Shown here one piece after another: positions 26,670 to 33,193 of a stretch of DNA of 35,186 nt (position 1 is its first letter; each line of letters starts with the position of its first letter). The stretch spans positions 1 through 35,186 of the IMG/VR virus record IMGVR_UViG_3300030397_000190; one strand, written 5' to 3'. The position numbers were made by a program, and so were the translations under genes. Below the pieces are notes generated by a model. That model saw only the letters and a program-made list of their open reading frames with translations. It was not told the origin of the DNA and ran no database searches. Source of the DNA: a virus. Taxonomy: Duplodnaviria; Caudoviricetes.

Positions 26670-26743
26670 CCCGTGGTGGTGAGCCGGGCAGGAAGCCAAA
26701 CCCGCCCGGCTCTGGACCCCGGGCATCCGGGGCACCACAGGAA
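26670..26743 (-). ncRNA. Candidate three-way-junction RNA containing anti-RBS sequence
   Basis: Outer stem CCTGTGGTG/CACCACGGG; hairpins CCCCGG/CCGGGG and GAGCCGGGCGGG/CCTGCCCGGCTC; G-U pairs favour the minus strand. Confidence 0.55.
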
Positions 26744-27859
26744 CTATGCCATTGCGCCGGTCAGGATTTCACCGGCCTTTTGCTGGATGTCGATGCGGTC
26801 CCGGCCGTGGCTGAGTGTGTTGGCGTAGGCCGTCAAGCCGTTCGTGACGCTCCACACGCTCAAGTCCTCGCCGCCTAGCTGCGTCTGCGCGAGTTCGACC
26901 GAAGCCTTGGCCACTTTCTTCGTGACGCCCATTTTGTTCAGGCGTTTTTCAGCGCCCTCGACGTTCGGCGCGAACTCGACATCGGCCGCTTTGTGCAGGA
27001 AGTCAAACTCCTCGTCGGTGATGGTTGTACCCATCTCGGCGACTTGCTTCTTGAACTCCCCGAAGCCGTCGACAATGCCCTGTCGGTGGACGACTTGGTA
27101 GATCATCTGTTCCTGCATCCCCCAAATCAGGAGGTTGGCGCAAATGTCGCGAAACAAGAAGCTCGTCCAGCCGAACATGCGGTCGCCTGTCTCGCTGTTC
27201 CAGACAGCGAGCCCCCGGCGCAGGCCGCCAAGGTCATCGGACTGGCCGCCGTCGCCGTCCTTCATGAAGAACATGAAGCTCGAGCGGTCATCACGCACGA
27301 GGCACTTCGGCTTACCTTCCTCGGGGCCGCTGTAGCGGAAGGTCGGAGAGGCCGGAGTCCAGCCGGAGCCCAAGAGCCACCGGTCGACTTCGCCGCAAAC
27401 ATCGTCGTCCCACAGGCGCTTGTACTGTGAGCCCGTGAATGCGCGCACCTTCTGTACGCCGTCGACGTTCTCAAGGAGAATCTGACCCACGCGGCTGTCC
27501 TCGCGCGGCATGAGTTCGTTGATGACCCGGCTGCGCGTCTCCGGCTTGAGGCGCTCGATCATGCCCAAGTTGACGCCCGCCATGCGGACAATCTGCTTGT
27601 AGCTGTAGTTGGTGAGTTCGCCCTTGATCTCGGTTTCACCGTCAAGGACCGTGATCGTCTCCGGCTTCTGCATCTCGCCGGGAAGCACCGCCACGTGCTT
27701 GAGGTCGACGACATGCTCGGTGCAACGAGCCCGCTGATCCTTGGCGTCCTGCCACAACTCCTGAAACGAGTCGTACTTGCTTTCTTCTGGCGCGTTGAAC
27801 ACTTCTTTGTTTGCGAGGTTGTTGTAAGTCTGCTCGCCCTTTTCACTCGTTACCTGCAT
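26744..27859 (-). CDS. DUF932/DUF945-like protein
   Basis: RA..G..Y.R.WD, G..V.NSE.G, F.FR.IC.N, H.., W...NG.T..A. Confidence 0.7.
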   Translation of the reverse strand: MQVTSEKGEQTYNNLANKEVFNAPEESKYDSFQELWQDAKDQRARCTEHVVDLKHVAVLPGEMQKPETITVLDGETEIKGELTNYSYKQIVRMAGVNLGMIERLKPETRSRVINELMPREDSRVGQILLENVDGVQKVRAFTGSQYKRLWDDDVCGEVDRWLLGSGWTPASPTFRYSGPEEGKPKCLVRDDRSSFMFFMKDGDGGQSDDLGGLRRGLAVWNSETGDRMFGWTSFLFRDICANLLIWGMQEQMIYQVVHRQGIVDGFGEFKKQVAEMGTTITDEEFDFLHKAADVEFAPNVEGAEKRLNKMGVTKKVAKASVELAQTQLGGEDLSVWSVTNGLTAYANTLSHGRDRIDIQQKAGEILTGAMA

Positions 27860-27895
27860 TGCATTCTCCTGTGGTTATGGGCTGTGTGCCCGTGA

Positions 27896-28126
27896 TTAGA
27901 GTTCGTCCGGCCCCAACACCGCCACCCGGAACTCGACGCCGGGGTGGTCACGCTCGAGTTCTTGGACAAGCGCGTCCGCCTCGTCCTCGGTGAGTAGTTC
28001 ACCGCTGACTACTTTGCGGGCACCGCGCGCCGGAACCTCGAGAACCTCGAACCGGCGCTCCGGCAGTTCGATGTATTCGGGTCCGCGTGTTTTCCAAGCG
28101 TCGTAACCGGGAAGTGAGTGAGACAT
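27896..28126 (-). CDS. Hypothetical protein (first early gene)
   Basis: LPGYDAWKT motif; dual-GGA leader. Confidence 0.65.
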   Translation of the reverse strand: MSHSLPGYDAWKTRGPEYIELPERRFEVLEVPARGARKVVSGELLTEDEADALVQELERDHPGVEFRVAVLGPDEL

Positions 28127-28164
28127 GGCTTTGCTCCTGTGGTCGTGTTGCGTCCGTTGCTCAG

Positions 28165-28193
28165 ATTCTCAGGCCCATCGCGAAAGCAGTCGA
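28165..28193 (-). promoter_or_regulatory. Early promoter candidate
   Basis: TCGACT-17 nt-GAGAAT, downstream of the terminator. Confidence 0.45.
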
Positions 28194-28229
28194 GCCAATT
28201 CGGAAATTCCCGAATCTGTGAATTTGCAG

Positions 28230-28261
28230 AAACGCAAACGAGCCGCCCGAAGGCAGCCCGT
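28230..28261 (-). terminator. Intrinsic terminator ending the late/lysis operon
   Basis: ACGGGCTGCC-TTCG-GGCGGCTCGT (C-UUCG-G loop) then TTGCGTTT. Confidence 0.7.
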
Positions 28262-28266
28262 GTTTT

Positions 28267-28390
28267 GCATATCCGCTTTACTGCCGGGGAGTCCTGTGCG
28301 CGGTCAGGACTCCCCCATATCCGTTGGGCCGCTTCTCGGCCGTGGCTACTACGTTCCGCGCACGCCTCGCTTCTCGTCGATGGGTTATGC
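28267..28390 (-). ncRNA. Candidate multi-stem pseudoknotted RNA
   Basis: 11-bp hairpin whose loop CCGCGCA is complementary to upstream TGCGCGG; GCATA/TATGC closure; internal direct repeats. Confidence 0.55.
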
Positions 28391-28393
28391 CGT

Positions 28394-28777
28394 CTAACTG
28401 GCGAGGTCTAGCACTCGCCCGAATATGCTGCTGATGATGTTCCCGGCGTGTGTTGCCGATGCCGCTGCCACGTCCCGCATGGCACGCATCACTTCGATTG
28501 CGACGACTGCCTTCAAGTCCTGCAACGTCGATTCGACGATTGCGGCTTCTCGTCCGACGTGCTGGCCCATGCGGCGCTTGATTTCAATTTTGGCGAGATC
28601 GACCATCGCGGCCTGCGCGAGTTTGCGCTTCTCGCCGGTCAAGTCCTTGATGGTGCCCTTGCCGATTTCCTCGACTTTGGCCCACCAAGCCTTGCCGATC
28701 TCGAGCGACTCCTCCTTGAGTTCGTCAAGGAAGTGTTCGGCCTTGTTCTTCTTCGGGGCTTTCTTTTCGTCCGACAT
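28394..28777 (-). CDS. Helical hypothetical protein in the lysis-type block
   Basis: Starts 2 nt after the lipoprotein stop; amphipathic C-terminus. Confidence 0.65.
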   Translation of the reverse strand: MSDEKKAPKKNKAEHFLDELKEESLEIGKAWWAKVEEIGKGTIKDLTGEKRKLAQAAMVDLAKIEIKRRMGQHVGREAAIVESTLQDLKAVVAIEVMRAMRDVAAASATHAGNIISSIFGRVLDLAS

Positions 28778-28779
28778 AG

Positions 28780-29085
28780 CTAGTCGCCCTTGTTCCTAGT
28801 GTAGCCGATCTCGGCTGCGAGTTCGTCCGCGAGAATGTTCGAGGATTGGTACTTCCGTTCCCGGCGCTCGATCTTCTCCTCGCGCGTGCCGTCTTGGTCG
28901 TCCTTGAACCAAGGTTCGAACTCGCCCTCCTCATTCTGGCGGTAGGCGTCCGTCACCATCTCGTTCCACTCCTCGACAACGGAGTCGGTCTGCATGATGT
29001 ACGCCTTCGCCGTGTCCTCCTTCACGCTCATGCAACCGGCGAGCGCGAGAATGGCGACGAAGCAAATCAACGAAAACAGTTTCAT
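28780..29085 (-). CDS. Lipoprotein (possible spanin-like component)
   Basis: Signal peptide with LAGC lipobox; dual-GGA leader. Confidence 0.7.
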   Translation of the reverse strand: MKLFSLICFVAILALAGCMSVKEDTAKAYIMQTDSVVEEWNEMVTDAYRQNEEGEFEPWFKDDQDGTREEKIERRERKYQSSNILADELAAEIGYTRNKGD

Positions 29086-29117
29086 GGATTCTCCTGTTCG
29101 GTGCGTGCGTCCGAAGT

Positions 29118-29303
29118 CTACTTGTCTTTCTTCTTCTCGCGCAAGTGAAATCCGAAGCGCGCGAGAATCGCGAGGACTAGAGCGCCGATTGCCGGGATCA
29201 TCGCTTCATCAAGTTCGATGCCCGCTTGCTTGAGCAGCGCCATGACGATCATGCCCGCCGCAACCGCTGCCGTGAGGTCCGACGCTGTCTTTGGCTTGTT
29301 CAT
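29118..29303 (-). CDS. Small 2-TM protein, holin candidate
   Basis: 61 aa, two hydrophobic helices, basic C-terminus. Confidence 0.6.
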   Translation of the reverse strand: MNKPKTASDLTAAVAAGMIVMALLKQAGIELDEAMIPAIGALVLAILARFGFHLREKKKDK

Positions 29304-29728
29304 GCCTGATTCTCCTGTATCCGAGCGACCTGCCCGCGCAAATCGCTGATGCTGCTACTGTGCTTGTCGAGCCGCTTGTTCGTTTCTTCCTGCCCCTTCG
29401 AAAATTCCTCGTGCTTCTGTGCCCCACGGTCTAGCCGGTCCTCAATCTTCGCGAATCCATCGTCCATCTGCATACCCTGCCTGACGATTGAGTCGTTCAT
29501 GGTGTTCATGCCGTTGAGCGTCTCGGTTTTGTGGTCCGACAAGTCCTTCCCGAAAGCCTCAACTGCGGCCGTGTTCTTGTCCAACGCTGCAAGGTGTCGG
29601 TCGAACAGCTTCTTCCCGATGTAGGCGAGTAGGCCTAGTACCGTCGTGCCAGTCGCACCGATCCCGAACAACTCGCCGATGTTTATGCTCGACTCGGCTT
29701 GCAAGAGTGTGAGTACATAGATCATCAC
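29300..29728 (-). CDS. Membrane-anchored coiled-coil protein (holin/spanin-like)
   Basis: N-terminal TM then coiled coil; ATGA overlaps. Confidence 0.6.
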   Translation of the reverse strand: MMIYVLTLLQAESSINIGELFGIGATGTTVLGLLAYIGKKLFDRHLAALDKNTAAVEAFGKDLSDHKTETLNGMNTMNDSIVRQGMQMDDGFAKIEDRLDRGAQKHEEFSKGQEETNKRLDKHSSSISDLRGQVARIQENQA

Positions 29729-31023
29729 GGAGTCTCGTACCAGATTTCTACGCCGTCGACATCGCGGGACGACGAACCGAAGCCGCCACTTGCCATTTCT
29801 AGGTGCGCCGTGACGCCAAGGTTCTCGATGCGCGCCGGGTCGGTGTCCTCAAACACCCCACGCAATTCGTTGTCGACCCACGTCTCGACGATCACGCTCG
29901 ACGCCCCGATTGTGAATCGCAGCCTATAATCGGCCGCAACACTTGGGTCTTGCACCATGAAATTAGTGTCGATGATTGAAAGCGTGCCGCCAACGAGCCG
30001 ATAAAGTGACCACGATGTAGTCGAGTTGTTCAAGACGATGTAGCCGTTGCCGGACACACCATTCTCATAATCACCGTCTACCGACGCGCCCATGCGGTTT
30101 TGCAGCGATTCAGTGGAACTCGCAACCCAATCGAGGAATGCGACCTCGAACTCCGATTGCGCCGTGATCTCGTGGTTGGCCGATGCGTTCGCAAGCTCAA
30201 ACGCATCGTTGTGCGCCTGATTCGAGAGGATGCGCCAGTTGTCTACCGTCTCGGTCCACCCCGCGCCTAGCGATTCGGCATCAGCCCGGTTGAAATCATC
30301 CGTCCATTGCGAACTTATCGGCGTTGACGTGATGGTTGCGGCGTTGAATCCGGTACAGCTTGGCCCGGGGGCAGAGCCTTGCCGGTTTACTAGGCCGAAG
30401 CCACCCGTTCGGAAAGCGGTAGTTGATGGGGCGGTATCTACAAAGCCATGAACGAGAGTTCCGTTGTGGTAGACCCGTAGCCGGACATTCGAGCCTTCGA
30501 CTGTCGCTCGCAATCTGACCGTCCCACCGTCGATAGGTGAGTCTGTGTACGTGAACAGGACCGTTGCCGTTCCGGTGACCATCTTTTCTAGCGTGATATC
30601 ACCGTCTGAGTTGAACGCGATTCTGTACCCGTTGAGCGTCCCACCCGAACCACCGAACGTCTCCCATGCACCGGGCGTGTAATCGCTCGACAACATTACG
30701 GCCGCTTCAAAGAACGCTCCTGTGACCTGACCGACGTAACCGATCATCTCGGCGAATACGTCCGGCGCGCTCGCGAAGTCGAGTTTGTCGGAATCCGCGT
30801 GTACAGCCTGCTCATCACTGAGCGCGTCGCCGCAGTCGAGTACGCCCGAAAGTACGCGACATTGGTTGCCGCCGCTGTTGTCTAAGGTGAAGTCGTCCGC
30901 AGAGGGAACCCACGGGTCTACATCTGCGATACCCCCGAAGTCGAGGAGTGTCGACACGCCACCGCCCACCGGTTTATTGGCAACGCTCGGGGATACTGCC
31001 GATCCAATCATGATGCCGGACAT
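29725..31023 (-). CDS. Virion protein with two lectin/ConA-like beta-sandwich repeats
   Basis: Duplicated DDF..., NGY.., G..T, R.R.T..G S.V..V...NG/DN pattern; DDFNRAD..LG.GWT. Confidence 0.65.
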   Translation of the reverse strand: MSGIMIGSAVSPSVANKPVGGGVSTLLDFGGIADVDPWVPSADDFTLDNSGGNQCRVLSGVLDCGDALSDEQAVHADSDKLDFASAPDVFAEMIGYVGQVTGAFFEAAVMLSSDYTPGAWETFGGSGGTLNGYRIAFNSDGDITLEKMVTGTATVLFTYTDSPIDGGTVRLRATVEGSNVRLRVYHNGTLVHGFVDTAPSTTAFRTGGFGLVNRQGSAPGPSCTGFNAATITSTPISSQWTDDFNRADAESLGAGWTETVDNWRILSNQAHNDAFELANASANHEITAQSEFEVAFLDWVASSTESLQNRMGASVDGDYENGVSGNGYIVLNNSTTSWSLYRLVGGTLSIIDTNFMVQDPSVAADYRLRFTIGASSVIVETWVDNELRGVFEDTDPARIENLGVTAHLEMASGGFGSSSRDVDGVEIWYETP

Positions 31024-31041
31024 AGGCTTCCTCGTTGAAAG

Positions 31042-31070
31042 AGCCTAGCAGTATCGTGCCCGTGTTTCTA
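31042..31070 (-). promoter_or_regulatory. Promoter candidate
   Basis: TAGAAA-17 nt (ending TGC)-TAGGCT. Confidence 0.35.
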
Positions 31071-31313
31071 GGACTGCTTCTTGAGGAAGTCGCCAAGCGC
31101 AGAGTGCCCGGCTTCCATTTCTTTGAGAGTTTCCCGTCGCGCTCGCGCTAGGTCGCGCTTGATGTTCTTGAAATCGTCAACCTCGATTGCGTGAGCGGCG
31201 GCCGTGGGGTCTTTGCCTTCCGGGTCTTTGACTACGCACTGGATCACGACTTTGCCTTGAGGCTTGCCGTCGATGAAGGTCTGACTGATGTTCTGAATCA
31301 TTTGAAGTGCCAT
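31068..31313 (-). CDS. Small hypothetical protein (possible fibre chaperone)
   Basis: ACAGGAG RBS before MALQM; position after the fibre gene. Confidence 0.55.
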   Translation of the reverse strand: MALQMIQNISQTFIDGKPQGKVVIQCVVKDPEGKDPTAAAHAIEVDDFKNIKRDLARARRETLKEMEAGHSALGDFLKKQS

Positions 31314-31324
31314 GCTCTCTCCTG

Positions 31325-31510
31325 TTAGGTGATCTCTGGCCAGTCGCCGACGCCGTCCATGGCGTCTTTCATCTGGCCCAACCATTCAAGCGCGTCCGCT
31401 TCCTCCATCGACTCTAGCATGTCCGCAATCTGTTTGCGTAGGACCGGGTCCATCGCCTGCCACCGATGGTCATTTTGGTTGATGCCTGCTTGCTCGAGTA
31501 GGTCGCTCAT
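31325..31510 (-). CDS. Small acidic hypothetical protein
   Basis: Fills the gap after the fibre gene. Confidence 0.5.
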   Translation of the reverse strand: MSDLLEQAGINQNDHRWQAMDPVLRKQIADMLESMEEADALEWLGQMKDAMDGVGDWPEIT

Positions 31511-31513
31511 CCG

Positions 31514-33193
31514 CTAAACGAAGTCCCGCCACTTGCCGTTGATGTATCGTACTCGGATCATTTCGTCCGGCAACAGAACTATGCCCGCACCACCAACAAA
31601 GTCGAATTGATTGGCTGCAACACTGAGCCCGCTAAGGTGCGCGAGCGTCAGATTCCCGCCACCTGCGCGGTTGTAGATTTCTAGGTACTGGCCCTCGTGC
31701 GGGCCAGCCATCCCCGTAATCGTCGTCCCCAACCCGTTGGCCTGCACGTCCATAACTGAACGCCCCTGCCAGCCTGTCCAGTCGTTGATGTTGCCCGCTA
31801 CGAACGTAACGAGTTGCAGAGGCGTTTGGATGACTTCGCCGTCGAGGTACGTCCGCCCCGTAGTAACCTCGAGCGCCGCGCCGCGACCGCCGCCGCCTTC
31901 CCCCGGGTTGGCCGTTAGGCGGATACCGTATCGGTTCACGCCGTGCCCAACCGATGTTTGCACGATCATGTTTGCCGCGTGCGTTGGTGCGGTCCCGCTG
32001 CTGCTCGGGGCGTTCACTGTCCATTGGGCAAAGTTCGTTCGCAGCGCCGTGAAGTTCACGATACCGCCCGGACTGTTGAGGCAGTTGGCGAAATCTACGC
32101 CGCCGCCGACTGATTGGGCCGGTGCTGCGATGTTCAGAAACCACCCGTTCGATGCGCCGGGCAACGACGTGCCCAAGCTGATGAACGGTGTGTTGATCTG
32201 GATGGCTTCGGTGCCGCCGATGACACTGCTATTCGCGTTACTGAAGTCCCATGTGTTGTTTGTGATGCCAGCGTAATCGCTAAGCTGGATTCTGCTCGCA
32301 CCGACACGCTGTATCTGAACGCCGTTACTCGTGCCCCACTGGATGTTTACCCCGTCGTTCATGCGGATAAGGCCAGCGAAAGTCGAGATAGCCGTGCCGT
32401 CGTTTTGCAGGAAGCGGTTACTGCCGACATTGGCGAGCGCCGAACGAACTGCAATCTTTGCGCCTGTGCCAAACGTGATGTTGTCAACGTCGAGTCCTAC
32501 ATACACGCCAGTCAACAACTCTGCTCCCGCGCCGGGCTGCAAGAAGCCCGCGACGATATTCCGCATGTGAACTGCGCGTATGTTCGTCCATGCGACTGTA
32601 GTACCGGCGGTCGTACTGAAAGTGGGGCCAACGCTGAGCGCGGTCGTATTGGTGAGATTCATCCGTGAACCGGCCGCTCCACTTGCTCGCAACTGTGGCG
32701 CAAAGTTCATCCCCGTGACCGTGGCCGTCGTGCGCGTTCCGCCTGTGCTTTGATTCCAAGTAACCGAGCCGATGTTTAGGTAAAGCTGGTTTACCGGCGC
32801 AAACGCCCCGGCCGCGATGAACTGAGGCAGGACGTTATCCTTCGTGTACGCCGCGAATCCGGCCGCCGCCTGCTGATTGTATATGCCCTGCTCGGTGAGC
32901 ATTGAACTTACGAACACGCCCGTCTGAATGTTGTACGTCGGCGAACTGTTCAGGAAGCCGCCGATGAAATTACTCGTGAGCGTGATCGTCGGGGCGTGGC
33001 GAAATCCAACTTGGTCTATTGCCGTGTAATCCTCGTTGAGGTTCATCGGCGAGCGGAAGCGGATGGTTCCTGCGGTTGGGTCGGTGGGGTTGGCCTCGAT
33101 GGTCATATCGAGATCACTGAACAGATTGGGTACCGGCGGACCACCGGAGCCGTTCAGTCTGATTGCATCGGCTGAGATGACGTTGACGCCCAT
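31514..33193 (-). CDS. Tail fibre/tailspike-like protein
   Basis: G/T/N/A-rich beta-strand composition; C-terminal ITG.....GQ...IYN....LTL.H....S.AAN.F domain. Confidence 0.7.
   Translation of the reverse strand: MGVNVISADAIRLNGSGGPPVPNLFSDLDMTIEANPTDPTAGTIRFRSPMNLNEDYTAIDQVGFRHAPTITLTSNFIGGFLNSSPTYNIQTGVFVSSMLTEQGIYNQQAAAGFAAYTKDNVLPQFIAAGAFAPVNQLYLNIGSVTWNQSTGGTRTTATVTGMNFAPQLRASGAAGSRMNLTNTTALSVGPTFSTTAGTTVAWTNIRAVHMRNIVAGFLQPGAGAELLTGVYVGLDVDNITFGTGAKIAVRSALANVGSNRFLQNDGTAISTFAGLIRMNDGVNIQWGTSNGVQIQRVGASRIQLSDYAGITNNTWDFSNANSSVIGGTEAIQINTPFISLGTSLPGASNGWFLNIAAPAQSVGGGVDFANCLNSPGGIVNFTALRTNFAQWTVNAPSSSGTAPTHAANMIVQTSVGHGVNRYGIRLTANPGEGGGGRGAALEVTTGRTYLDGEVIQTPLQLVTFVAGNINDWTGWQGRSVMDVQANGLGTTITGMAGPHEGQYLEIYNRAGGGNLTLAHLSGLSVAANQFDFVGGAGIVLLPDEMIRVRYINGKWRDFV

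Noticed and set aside
11062-28157. Repeated TCTCCTGTGGTT as CRISPR repeats or recombination cassette sites
   Set aside because: Dispersed, short and always a few bases before a start codon; no regular spacers, cas genes or site-specific recombinase
29725-33193. Diversity-generating retroelement acting on the fibre/lectin genes
   Set aside because: No reverse transcriptase and no TR/VR repeat pair seen in the window
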